This document shows positions 32,026 to 42,610 of a DNA stretch of 64,000 bases, one piece after another (positions within the stretch are counted from its first letter, which is position 1; each line of letters starts with the position of its first letter). The stretch spans positions 4,960,001 through 5,024,000 of the forward strand of contig CAWIAD010000002.1 in NCBI GenBank assembly GCA_963833985.1. The letters run 5' to 3'. The stretch is from an uncultured Planctomycetaceae bacterium (GTDB taxonomy: Bacteria > Planctomycetota > Planctomycetia > Isosphaerales > Isosphaeraceae). Position numbers and translations under genes: made by a program. The notes beneath the pieces are model-generated. The model was not told the DNA's origin, did not search any database, and saw only the letters and a program-made list of their open reading frames with translations.

Positions 32026-32823
32026 TCACTGGATCGGCGGGAAGTGGACGCCCATGGGGTGCACTCGCATCACAATCAGAGCCACCGGAATGGCGCAGGC
32101 GATGGGCAAGATCAACGCCAGCAAGTAATGCCAGGCGCGCGGCCGGCCTGCTTCGGGCCGTTTCGGCAAGGCGCAGGCCGGCAGCCAGACCATCAGTCCG
32201 TAGACCCAGACCCAGAAGCCGGCCATGGCGAGATTCTGGACGCCGAAGGTACCGGTCTCGGCGAGCGTACCGGTCAGGCCGAAGAGCAGGAAGACCTCGC
32301 CAGGCTGGAAATCATGACGCGACAGCATCCACGCCCAGGCGGCGAACATGGGCACGAAGACGATCACGCTGTGCCCCAGGACGACATCGAGGTAGTTCGC
32401 CGAGGCCGTGATATACGCCTCGCCCACAGCCGCGCCGAGAACGGGAGCGAGGTTCGTCATGGTGGTGGTGACGGCCTCCTCCAGCAGGGCCATGGCGGTC
32501 GCGAAGCACACGAATGTGACCGGCCACGGCACAGGCAACCTGCGGACCAGCACGCCGGCTCGGTCGCGTACGAGATAAGACAGAGTGCCACCGATGACGA
32601 TCCAGAACAGCGCCAGGCCGTCGGCCATCAGCATCAACGCGCGGTGCCGATGCACCTGCCAGTTGGCGATGGTTGCCAGCACCAGAACGGTCAGCCCCCA
32701 GACGGCGAAGATCACGGCCAGACCGATCGTCAACCTCCGCCATCCACGTCCGCCTTTCGCCTCCCGGGGGAGCTCGCAGGTCTCCAACCCCACGGATGTC
32801 CCGGCAACGTCCGATCCCGACAT
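32026..32823 (-). CDS. Hypothetical multipass membrane protein
   Basis: About seven hydrophobic helices and a LLEEA motif; GAGG RBS. Confidence 0.75.
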   Translation of the reverse strand: MSGSDVAGTSVGLETCELPREAKGGRGWRRLTIGLAVIFAVWGLTVLVLATIANWQVHRHRALMLMADGLALFWIVIGGTLSYLVRDRAGVLVRRLPVPWPVTFVCFATAMALLEEAVTTTMTNLAPVLGAAVGEAYITASANYLDVVLGHSVIVFVPMFAAWAWMLSRHDFQPGEVFLLFGLTGTLAETGTFGVQNLAMAGFWVWVYGLMVWLPACALPKRPEAGRPRAWHYLLALILPIACAIPVALIVMRVHPMGVHFPPIQ

Positions 32824-33236
32824 GACTTACCCTCGCACAGGCGCACTGGGTCCTCACCGCAACGTCAAGGTGAGCGGCGCAACGCACCCAGTTTGATACC
32901 TCCATGACCCGGCCCAGGTTTCGGAACCTCCGTCCAATCGGTACGTGGCCCCCAGGGGCACCGTGGAGCCGAGGCGTTACTGACAACACAGTTTGACAGA
33001 CGGCTTCCATGTCGACCTCCTTGACCACCGCCCGATTGCGAGCGGGAAGAAGCGGGTTGCGACCCCGGTCCGCTGGGCCGGCCAGAGAGAAGTCGCCAGT
33101 GGCCCAGCGCTCCGCTGCATCGGCGATCCGTGCTCGGTAGGTTAGAGTAGAGCCGGGATGTGCCATGGCCCGAGCAGACTCGTTGCTCGTAGGTCCAGCG
33201 AGTCGCGTGTTGGCCTCGTAGCTCGAGGAGATTGAC

Positions 33237-35752
33237 ATGCCAGTTTTTTCTCTTCTCACAGCCCTGGTGATGAGCGGATTGATCGGAACGGAAGATCCGC
33301 CACCGGCCTGGTCAACCCGCGCATCCCAGTGATGTCGCCAGGTCGCACGTCGAGGACATCAAGGCCGGGCCGCACCGTTACACCATCACCCAGGGCGGCA
33401 CGATGGATGGCCGGAACTGCCGCTCGCCCATGGGGTGCGGCATCGCACGCGAGGGGGCCCTGCTCCAGACCTGGGAGTCGAACCGGTCGGTGCGGATGGA
33501 GAATGTGGGCGAGACCGACGTGATCAACCCCTGGCTGTCGAACGGCCGCAACCACTTTCGCAACGCCGAGGAGATCGTTGCCTCGGCGCTGGTTCCCGGC
33601 ATGACCGAAGCGGAGAAGGCCTTCGCTCTCTGGTTCCAGGAGATCCAGTACCGCCATCATTCGCCCGGCGACAACAACGAGCTGCTCGACCCGGTGAAGG
33701 TGTTCAATATTTATGGCTATAACACCTGCGGGAACGATTCGATCAGCCTCGCCTCCCTCTGGCGGCAGGCCGGGCTCAAGGCGGCACCGGCGCGGGCGCT
33801 GGGGCACTGCATCTCGCAGGCATATCACGATGGCGGCTGGCACTTCTATGACGGCGACATGCACTCGGTCTATCTGCTGCGCGATAACGCCACGGTGGCC
33901 GGCGAGCAGGACCTTGTCCATGACCACGATCTGATCAAGCGCACGCATTCCAAGGGGATCCTCTTGCGCGACACCTGGTGGGACGGCCAGGGCATGTGCG
34001 CCATGTACTCTTACCAGGGAGCGGTCACCGGCCAGCGCGGGGGCAAGGTCGACACCACCATGAACATGGTCCTGCGTCCCGGCGAGGCCATCGAATGGCG
34101 CTGGGGGCATGGCGAACGGCTGAAACACCATGGCGCCCTTTACACCATGCCCGCCTATCCGGAGCTGATTGACAACGGATCATGGGAATACCGCCCCGAC
34201 CTGTCGCGTGAATCATGGCGCCCGGGCGCGGCGACGGTGGAGAACATTCGCTCCGGCGACGATGGGCTCTCCGCGGCGGACGGACGGCGGGGCCAGATCG
34301 TCTGGAACATGAAGAGCCCCTACGTCTTCGTCGGCGGACGGATCGAGGCGGAGGGAGCAGGCGCCCGGTTCTTCATCTCCGTCGACGGCAAGAGCTGGCA
34401 AGCGGTGAAGGACGGCAGCCTCGACAGGGCCTTCCCCGAAGTTGGCCCAGCGCGGTACGCGTACCAGCTCAAGTGTCTGCTGGAGGGCCCCGCCCGGCTG
34501 CGCCGGCTGGCGATTTTCAATGACGTGCAGATGGCGCCGCTGGCTCTGCCCGAGATGACCGTCGGCACCAATGCGTTCACCTACACCGATGAATCGACCG
34601 GCGAGCGGAAGGTCCGCATCACGCACCGCTGGGTCGAGCGCTCGGCCACTCGGCCCCCGCTGGCACCAGCGCGGCCCGTTTTTCCGGAGGATGCCGGGGA
34701 AGCCGACGGGACGGACGTCGTCTTTCGCTGGACTCCGGCCATCGATCCGGACGGTGACGCGATCGCCGATTACCAGTTCGAGCTCTCCAGCCGCCCGGAC
34801 ATGGCCTTCCCGCTCTCCATGTGCTTCTACAAGCTCATCTCGCGCACCGGCGACGTGACCAGGGAGAACGTTCCCGAGGCCCGCTACACGCTGCTTCAGC
34901 CCGGTCTGCTCTCGCCGGATCGGCGCTACTCCTGGCACGTGCGGGCCAGGGACCGCAACGGCGTGTGGGGACCCTGGAGCAAGACGTGGAGCTTCACCCC
35001 GCGGGCCCGCTCATCCGCTCGATCTGACCGTGGCGTATGACCAGGCCGCCGGCTCGGGCACCCTGCGCTGGAAGCCCAACCCGGTCGGCCGCCGGCCCGT
35101 CAGGTACCGCGTTTACGGCAGCGATGAGAAGGGCTTCACCATCGCCGACCAGCCTTTCCAGGGGACGGTTGGCGTCACGAAGGACGAGATGGCGTCCTGG
35201 AACCCCTGGTTCCCGGCGAACTTCATCGCCGAGACGACGGCCACGGAGCTGAAGGTGCTCGGACGCGACGTCACCTTGCCCGCAGCCAACAAGGCGTTCT
35301 ATCGCGTGGTCGCGGTGGATGAGCACGGCAAGCGAAGCGGACCCTCCGATTACGCCTCTGCGCCGCGGCCCATCATCTACAGCCGCCCCGTCGAGACGGC
35401 CAGGCCTGGTGCGCCCTACCGCTACCAGGTCGCCGCCACGCGCTCGCTGGGCGACCTGAGTGCGCGGATGAAGGGGAATGACCAGGTGAGCGGCTACTTC
35501 GACGTCGAGCGGCCACGGTTCACGCTGGAGCGTGCGCCGGGCTGGCTGAAGGTCGACGAGGCGACCGGCCTGCTTTCCGGGACCCCGGATGCCGCAGGAA
35601 ATGACGCGGTGGTGGTCGGCGTCACTCTCGAACACGACCAGCGCACACTCGACCCGACGGCACTCGTCTGGGGCGTGGAAAAGGTGCTCTCCACGGCCAC
35701 CATGAAGACCGGAACCGCGCGCCAGCGGTTCGTGATCGACGTGCGGCCGTGA
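33237..35752 (+). CDS. Secreted transglutaminase-like protein with FN3/Ig domains (frameshifts near 33320 and 35005)
   Basis: GGAG RBS and signal MPVFSLLTALVMSG at 33237; Cys-His-Asp triad pattern GYNTCG..GHCISQAY..WHFYDGD; FN3 motif YSWHVRARD..WGPWS; Ig motif WLKVDEATGLLSGTP. Confidence 0.7.
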
Positions 35753-35797
35753 GCCGGGGCATACGGTGCCGGCCGCGGCGCGATCCACAGGCCGGCA

Positions 35798-36691
35798 TCA
35801 GGGCGCCGCTTGCAGAGTGCCCACGCGCGAGGCGTACCGGCCTCCGCTCTCGCGGGCGATGCGCACCAGGTGATCGCCGGCCTGGCCGCCGGTCATGTCG
35901 ATGCAGTGGATGGGCACCTTGCGCGGGTTCAACTTTGCCACGCGTTCCACGGTGCGTTCGGGGAACTCGCCATCGGAGAGCAGGAACACGGCGTCGGGCT
36001 GAAGCGCCAGTGCCTGGGTGATGGCGGGCCGCGGGTCGGTGCCGCCGTCCGGGCCAATCACGTGCAGCCACGACGTGAGCTGGTTCTTGCTCTTCAGGTC
36101 GGCCGGGCGAGGCTGAGGTCCTCCGGGCATCGGCGTGGCTTCCTCGTTATAGAAAATGACCTCGAACCGCTGGGGCGGCTGAAGGCTGTAAACAGTGCGT
36201 AGCAGCTCGATCTTGGCACGGGTGAGGCGGTCGTCGTCGATCATGCTGCCCGACTGGTCCACCACGAAGACGAAGAACTGGCCGCGGGCGCGGACGCCGA
36301 AGAACGAAGTCTGCCGCCAGGTGGGAATCTCGCTCCAGTCGGTCTCTTCCAGGTTGTACCGGTCCTGCACCGAGCCCCCCGCGCCCGTGGCCGGCATCAG
36401 GAATGGCGAGCGCGGGCGCTTCGCGTCGGCCGCGGCCTTCGACATCACCCTGGGCGGAAGGTCATCAGCGAGACGCGCCGATGGGCGAGTCTTCCCCGCG
36501 TGCTTCTCGCCTGGCGCGGCCGGCCTTGTTCGTTTCGCGGCATTCCTGGCCTTGACGCTGGTGGTCTCCGGCGGAGTTGTGGGGGCCGGCTGATCCTGGG
36601 CATTCGAAGGGATGGAATCGCAGAGACCGACACCGAGCGCAAGGGCGATCGCGATCGCCCGGAAGGTGGACCGGAATCCGCAAACGTCCAT
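35798..36691 (-). CDS. von Willebrand factor A domain protein, exported
   Basis: Signal peptide, MIDAS motif VVDQSGSM, GGTDP and FLLSDG. Confidence 0.85.
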   Translation of the reverse strand: MDVCGFRSTFRAIAIALALGVGLCDSIPSNAQDQPAPTTPPETTSVKARNAAKRTRPAAPGEKHAGKTRPSARLADDLPPRVMSKAAADAKRPRSPFLMPATGAGGSVQDRYNLEETDWSEIPTWRQTSFFGVRARGQFFVFVVDQSGSMIDDDRLTRAKIELLRTVYSLQPPQRFEVIFYNEEATPMPGGPQPRPADLKSKNQLTSWLHVIGPDGGTDPRPAITQALALQPDAVFLLSDGEFPERTVERVAKLNPRKVPIHCIDMTGGQAGDHLVRIARESGGRYASRVGTLQAAP

Positions 36692-36902
36692 GGATCTGCG
36701 CTCCTGCTCGGTCCCGGGGTACCATTCCCCGGAACAGGTCGAGCTGCCTTCACCAGGCTACCGAAAAGGGTGAATCGAAGCACGGCCACGTTCCGGGTTT
36801 TCTCCGTCCCGATCCGTTCCCTCGGGACCGGGAGAATGTTCCCTTCTGCGTTTTTCCGCTCCATGGTTCTCCATGGCCTGCTCAGCTCGCAAGGTCGCAC
36901 TG

Positions 36903-38390
36903 TCACGCGACGAACTCCCAGTTCACGTAAGTGCCGAGCAGGACAAACTGGGCAAACAGGCAGCCACTCACGGTGATTGCGAAGAGAGATCGATTCGAAG
37001 CGATCTCGGCGGCGTCCAGGAAGCCGGGGAAGGCAGATAGAACAACCCTGATCATGCTCAGATGCGTTCCAGAGGCAAGGACCTGGAGCACGGGAACCAC
37101 CACCAGGCAACCCCAGAGAGGTCCTCTGACCCAGAAGGCGTGGAGTCCGAGGCCCAGGAAAAAGACTGTGGCCAAAAGGTTCTTGCCGTAGATGACGCTC
37201 TCCACTGCGGGAAGAAGATCCTCAAACGACTCCGCCGCGCAAAGCACGACAAAGCCAATGCCAGCGAGCAGCATTGCCCAGCAAGCGGTACTCCAGGCGG
37301 GATGTCTGTTTGGAATGAGCTTCAGACCATCCCTTGCCGGGCGCGCGGCACGCCGACGCAACAACGGCCCCGCCAGCCGAAGGAAGGCCAAACCTAATGG
37401 CTTCTGGCACAGCCAGGTGAGGAGCAGCACGAGCACAAGAGCGAAGCTCGACGACCTCTTGACCATGAATGCCGACAATTGGACCGTCGACCAGATCGTT
37501 CTCAGAAGCTGCGCGGCACTGGGTGACTTGCGCTGCCAGGCGCCGTGGGCCTTGAAGTGGAGGAACGGATCGCGAAACCGGAGCGCGAGGTAGCCAAAGA
37601 AGATGGCAGTACCGAGAGCCCCCGCGCTTGCGACGAACCACGCCGCATTGCGGGCAGTCCGTCCCCGGATCACGTTGAGCATCCATTCCAGCACTAGGCC
37701 GACGGACATCGACAATGCGGTGAGTCGCGCGGTCGCCGCCGTCGCCAGCGACGCCGCTGCCACCGCGGGATGATAGCTCTGCCAGGCCAGGAGTGCACCG
37801 GCCGTGAACATCAGCCCCAGCGACTCCTGATACGGGGCCGAGAAGTAGAAGGAGCTGGGAAATGCGGCCAGCAAGATACAGGCACGCCACGTCGTCGCCG
37901 CGCTCTGGGTCATGCCTCGTACAACGCGGCCAAAGAAAACCAGTCCAGCAACGAACGCGAGATTCGGGATGAGCAGGCCCAACCAGTACCGATCGAGTCC
38001 CAGTGTCGTGCCGGTCTTGATGAGCAATGGCAAAAGCGGCATGAAGGCCACGCTGCTCTGGGCGCCGGGGCGGTAGGAATAGCCGCGCTGGCCGATGTCC
38101 AGGTACCACATCGCGTCCCACCGGTACCAAGGCATGATCAAGCGTCGACTTCCGACCGAAAGCGCCGCAAGATGTCGTTCGTTGATCCGGTCATTCGTCC
38201 GGGAGTCGACCACCATCCTCGAGAACGAGTCCTCAGGCATGGCAAGGAGACAACCGAAAAGAACGACGACCAGACGGGTGGCAAGACCAAAACCGGCCAG
38301 CGCAAGCCATGTGGGTTGAAGCCCGGATGCGGTGCTGTGAACGGGGCAAGTCACATCTGGGATCACATCGCTCTTATTATCGCAACTCAT
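36903..38390 (-). CDS. GT-C fold membrane mannosyltransferase (PIG-V/GT76-like)
   Basis: RWDAMWYLDI..GY, AFMPLLP and FPSSFYFSAPYQESL with many TM helices. Start uncertain. Confidence 0.8.
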   Translation of the reverse strand: MSCDNKSDVIPDVTCPVHSTASGLQPTWLALAGFGLATRLVVVLFGCLLAMPEDSFSRMVVDSRTNDRINERHLAALSVGSRRLIMPWYRWDAMWYLDIGQRGYSYRPGAQSSVAFMPLLPLLIKTGTTLGLDRYWLGLLIPNLAFVAGLVFFGRVVRGMTQSAATTWRACILLAAFPSSFYFSAPYQESLGLMFTAGALLAWQSYHPAVAAASLATAATARLTALSMSVGLVLEWMLNVIRGRTARNAAWFVASAGALGTAIFFGYLALRFRDPFLHFKAHGAWQRKSPSAAQLLRTIWSTVQLSAFMVKRSSSFALVLVLLLTWLCQKPLGLAFLRLAGPLLRRRAARPARDGLKLIPNRHPAWSTACWAMLLAGIGFVVLCAAESFEDLLPAVESVIYGKNLLATVFFLGLGLHAFWVRGPLWGCLVVVPVLQVLASGTHLSMIRVVLSAFPGFLDAAEIASNRSLFAITVSGCLFAQFVLLGTYVNWEFVA

Positions 38391-38720
38391 TGTTCTGTAA
38401 CGGTTAACGAACTGACGTGCTGACCTGGAAGGTGTGCGCCAGCAGCAGCTTGTTTTTCCAGCAAGTCCCAACGCACTCAAGTAGTCTAGAACCCGAATGT
38501 CCATGCACGACGGGGCTGCAATGACGGCAAGCTGGTGACACAAATCAACGCAATTCTGACGAGCGGGGATCCTGGTGATGAGCGGTCGGAAGTCCATCCC
38601 CGACGACGCACCGTCAGAATGCCGCAGCACGGAGCTCAGCGGGCGTGATCTCTCGCTCGAGGTCCACGGTCCCCATCTGACCGCCCCGTTCCGGAGCGAC
38701 CGTCCGGGACGTGACTGCGC

Positions 38721-41700
38721 TCACTTCCTCTTCCAGAAACTCTTCCGGGGACCAGTTTCCTTGGCGAGGAACTGGCGCAGGGCCTGGGCCAGCGCGCCGG
38801 GTGTCGCATGGCGATCTTCGGGCTTCCGCGCCATGGCCTTGAGGCAAATCGCTTCGAGTTCTTTGGGAATGGAACGGTTCATGGTCCGGGGTGGTCGGGG
38901 CGCGTCCTTCATGATGCGCTGCAATACCGTCGGCCCGCCCCCAGCAAACGGCAGTGTTCCGGTCAGCAACCTGTACAGCACGATCCCCAGGCTGTACACC
39001 AGGCATCGAGGGTCTCCCCACAAGGCCTGTCCGCCGATCAGCTCAGGGGGCAGCGACGCGGGATTGCCGTACGCGAAATCGAGTTCGGTGCTGCGGAGCC
39101 ACTGCATTGGGCCTCCCAGAACGGCCCTTCCATCCGGGCCGATCTCGACCTCGGTCCAGAGCAGGTCGTGACGACGGAACCCTTGCTCGAAAGCATACTG
39201 GACGGCCTCAGCAATCTCGGCAACCCACCGTGCCGATTCTTCCGGGGCCGGCGGCCGATCCGGCAGAACGCGGTACCTTCCGTCACCTGCACGATCGGAC
39301 GGAGTCACCAGGAAGAGCCCGTCGCGCCATCGGCCGGCGTCGCTGGGTATGACCAGCGAGGGATGGCTCAATGCCATCAGCTTGCGGGCCTCCCCGACCA
39401 GCAGTTCGACCCGATTGGCAGCAACTGTGACCAGCCTGATGCAGACCTTACGCTGAAGGTCGCGATCAAAGGCTCCAAATACCATCCCCTGTCCGCCCCG
39501 GTCAACTTGCTCACGAAGCTCGTACCGCGCCGGGAGACCGGTCGGCTCACTGGCCATACAGAGCGTCTCGGGCTCGTCCGTGCTCGGTGGCGGCGGAGGC
39601 GGAGGAGCGGCTGCTCGCCGGGTCGTAATCGCGTGACGGATGGCCTTGCTGCGTCGGCCACCGGCCGCAAGGCTCGGCGGATCGGCCGTCAGCCTCATAA
39701 GTGCCAAGCCAGAATCCATGGTGGCAAGATCGTCCAGGCTCGCGCAGCCCTGCATCAGGCTGCTGTCAAGGGCGGTCAGATAGGCATGTTGAGCCCCATC
39801 CCACCCCTGCGGCATCTCCACCGGCTGAGTGATCCGGTGCACCTTCCCGCCCCGGTTGGCGATCTCGGAACGATCGATGGCGACGTAAGCCGTGAACCGG
39901 CTGAGGACCTGGTAGCGCAGCGACACGGCCAGGATGTGGCGTTCCAGCGCCTCCAGATCAGAGTTTCCCACGACGTAGTGGTCTTCCAGCCGGCGGATCT
40001 GGCCTCTGGCCCAGGCCGTGGCGATGGCCGGGTTGTCACGCCATCGGGCGTCCAGCGACTGACACCATTCCTGCCCCTGCATGTCGCGTGACTTCACGAG
40101 CATCCTGCCCGCGGGTTGTCCCTGGTAGCGGCCCAGCACCAGCACCGGAGCGCCTGGGAACAGGTCGGGAAGACGTTCAGGGACCAGCGAGTCGGGCTCG
40201 ATGGCGAACCCTTCTGGCTCCAGGGCCAGGTCGGTGAGCAGGGGCGTGGCGATCTGGCGATGCATCGAAACCATGACCGCGTCGAGCCGGTCTTCCGATT
40301 CAACCAGTTCGCACCGGCCATGGCCGAGGTCGGCCAGGCGTGCCAGAAATGCCGCGTTCACCGCCCGGTCGATCCCCAGCGCGAAGACGCGGATACCCGC
40401 CAGCGCGGGTGCCAGGGCTTCGAGGATCTGGTCCTCATTTCCAACCTGGCCGTCGGTCACCAGGACAATAATGGCGTCCCGCGTGTTGCTGGTTTGCGCC
40501 GGCTTCTTCCAGTGCGCGCGGTCTGGGCCGCTCAGACACTCCGCCGCCATCCGGAGTGGTGCTGCCATCTCGGTGCCGCCCCGGGCCTCCATTTTCGTCA
40601 GGAAGCCAAGCGCAGTGAATCGGTTCCGGTCAGATGCGGCGACAAGCTCCTGGCTCAGTCCCGGCGGAGTCTCGACGGAATTGTCAAACGCGAGCACGGC
40701 AAACCGGTCCCTCGCGCCCAGCGTGTCAATCATACGCCCCAGCGCCCTGCGGGCCGCCACGATCTTCCAGCCGCTCATGCTCCCGGAGCGGTCGAGCACG
40801 AAAACGACGTCGCGCGGGCGGCGGGCCGTCTCATCGTCATTGTCATCGCTCGGAGGAATCAGCGTCAGCACGAATGTCCCGGACTGGCCCCCGCTCTCGC
40901 TGTCGGGGTGGACCGTGAAGCTTGACTGGATCGGGTTTTCGGGATCGCGGCCAGCCAGCCGGAATCGGAGGATGAAATCGCGATCCAGGCGTTCGCCTGG
41001 CTGAAGCTGGATGCGCCTGTAGCCGTCGTTCGCTTCGGCCACCACCGCGTGCAGGCTTGACCGGACGCCATCGCGGGCCACGCAGCCGTGGTCCTCGTGC
41101 AGGTCGATCGCCAGCGAAAGGCGAACCGGGTGAGGAAAGCCCGGCAAGATCACCGGAGGCGAGATACGCGACGCGTCGGGTACCGCGTCGGTGTCCACGC
41201 TCGTACCATCGCCGACGGATGGCCCCGGCAGCGGCGTGCCCGGAATGTACCGGGGCGCCACCACGAGCGGAAAGCGGAATGTCACCTCGCCTTCGGCGTA
41301 GGGTAACACGCCGGTCATCTCGAAATGGACGGTGGCCGCCTCACCGGGGAGGATGTTGCCAACCCGCAGCGAGAACACGCCGGGACGCTCCTCCTCCGCG
41401 ATGGCCGCGCGCTGCCCGGCCACCAGCGCCTGCTGATAGCTTTGCCTGGCCTGCGCCCGTTCCTCGAGCGTCCCCTCGACCGTTCGCCCGCCAACTTCCA
41501 TCCGGAACGCATGAACCCCGGCACGGTCGGGCAGCGGGAAGATGTAGGTCGCCTCGACCGGCTCATCAAACGGGTTGACGAAGGTCTGGCGTACCGTCAC
41601 CTGCGACAGCAGGCCGTCGATCCGCCCCTGAATATCCATCGCCCTCAAAGGGAGGTTTCCCCGGGCGGTGCCCAGCGCACCGAAGCCCGCCTCCTCGTCG

Positions 41701-41756
41701 CACATCGTCCGGGGTTGCTCGCTTTCACTCATCTGCGGAAGCGGAATGGGCATCAC
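38721..41756 (-). CDS. VIT + vWA + degenerate Ser/Thr-kinase-like fusion protein
   Basis: VIT motif EATYIFPLP; vWA motifs DRSGSM, GGT and TDG; Pro-rich linker; kinase-like C-terminus (YELREQVDRGGQGMVF, YSLGIVLYRLLTGTLPF, LEAICLKAMARKPEDR). Confidence 0.88.
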   Translation of the reverse strand: MMPIPLPQMSESEQPRTMCDEEAGFGALGTARGNLPLRAMDIQGRIDGLLSQVTVRQTFVNPFDEPVEATYIFPLPDRAGVHAFRMEVGGRTVEGTLEERAQARQSYQQALVAGQRAAIAEEERPGVFSLRVGNILPGEAATVHFEMTGVLPYAEGEVTFRFPLVVAPRYIPGTPLPGPSVGDGTSVDTDAVPDASRISPPVILPGFPHPVRLSLAIDLHEDHGCVARDGVRSSLHAVVAEANDGYRRIQLQPGERLDRDFILRFRLAGRDPENPIQSSFTVHPDSESGGQSGTFVLTLIPPSDDNDDETARRPRDVVFVLDRSGSMSGWKIVAARRALGRMIDTLGARDRFAVLAFDNSVETPPGLSQELVAASDRNRFTALGFLTKMEARGGTEMAAPLRMAAECLSGPDRAHWKKPAQTSNTRDAIIVLVTDGQVGNEDQILEALAPALAGIRVFALGIDRAVNAAFLARLADLGHGRCELVESEDRLDAVMVSMHRQIATPLLTDLALEPEGFAIEPDSLVPERLPDLFPGAPVLVLGRYQGQPAGRMLVKSRDMQGQEWCQSLDARWRDNPAIATAWARGQIRRLEDHYVVGNSDLEALERHILAVSLRYQVLSRFTAYVAIDRSEIANRGGKVHRITQPVEMPQGWDGAQHAYLTALDSSLMQGCASLDDLATMDSGLALMRLTADPPSLAAGGRRSKAIRHAITTRRAAAPPPPPPPSTDEPETLCMASEPTGLPARYELREQVDRGGQGMVFGAFDRDLQRKVCIRLVTVAANRVELLVGEARKLMALSHPSLVIPSDAGRWRDGLFLVTPSDRAGDGRYRVLPDRPPAPEESARWVAEIAEAVQYAFEQGFRRHDLLWTEVEIGPDGRAVLGGPMQWLRSTELDFAYGNPASLPPELIGGQALWGDPRCLVYSLGIVLYRLLTGTLPFAGGGPTVLQRIMKDAPRPPRTMNRSIPKELEAICLKAMARKPEDRHATPGALAQALRQFLAKETGPRKSFWKRK

Positions 41757-42428
41757 CTTCCCCTTTCAGGGGTGATTGAATCATCTGATGCTGGGCGAGG
41801 TAACGAATCAAGGGTGCAGCCGCCTGGCGTAGCGCGGGAGCTCTTGCCGATCGATGGAGCGCGCCGGGTCCAGCAGCAGGAAGACCCGGTCTGCCAGAGC
41901 GATGGCCTGAAACGACGCCATCTCTTCGAACGCGTGACCTCCCCTTGACCTTTCCGCATCGAGGGGCGGCTGCTCGCCGGACTGGTCGAAGCTTGCGGGC
42001 TGAGCCGATGCGGGCGCCGGGCGTGATTTCCAGAAGGGACGTTGACCGTCCGCGGATTCGTTGCGCGGCGAGCCAGTCGGAATCAGGTCGGGCTCGGGCA
42101 CATGGGGCCAACCCGCGAGCTGCCTGAGCGTTGCGTCGGTGGCACCGGCGAGCCGCTGCTGCACCTGCACGAGGCTCAGCCCGTTTGCCTGAAGCTTCTT
42201 GATGGCCAAAAGTTGCAGCAGATGCCGCTGCCCGTAAAGAGCCGTCCTGCCGCGGAAATCGCACGGCCGGTCCAGTAATCCCGCCGTCGTGTAGTAACGC
42301 ACAGTCCGCAGGTTGGGAATGTCTCGCACCTGGCCGTTGGGAGACCCTTCGTAACCGACCGCCAGCCCCTGCTCGACTGCGGCGCACAGCTCCTGAATCG
42401 TCCAGAGTCTGAGCGACTCGTCTTTCAT
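41725..42428 (-). CDS. MerR-family HTH transcriptional regulator (frameshift near 41835)
   Basis: RTVRYYTTAGLLDRP..GRTALYG.RHLLQLLAIKKLQ..GLSL; C-terminus ALRQAAAPL is in a shifted frame. Confidence 0.85.
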
Positions 42429-42464
42429 GACAGTGTTATATCCAGCCAGATGTAACACTGTCAA
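42428..42464 (-). promoter_or_regulatory. Sigma70 promoter with a palindromic operator, probably leaderless
   Basis: TTGACA (42459-42464), 18-nt spacer, TATAAC (42435-42440), 6 nt, ATG. Perfect 11-bp inverted repeat at 42428-42438 and 42453-42463. Confidence 0.8.
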
Positions 42465-42610
42465 ATACAAACTTCAAGGATTTCCTCCCGGCAGCAAGAT
42501 TGCCTGACTGTCCGCGTGCACGGGCGGACGGGATGCCCCGGGCCGGCGCAGGAGAGTGGCTGGTGGTTCAGCGCGCCTCGGACGCCACCTGGTGCGTGCC
42601 GATCGGATCC

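Noticed and set aside
33241..33258. Pyrimidine run resembling the transposase-end tails
   Set aside because: It encodes the signal peptide MPVFSLL of the gene starting at 33237 and lacks TGTCC.
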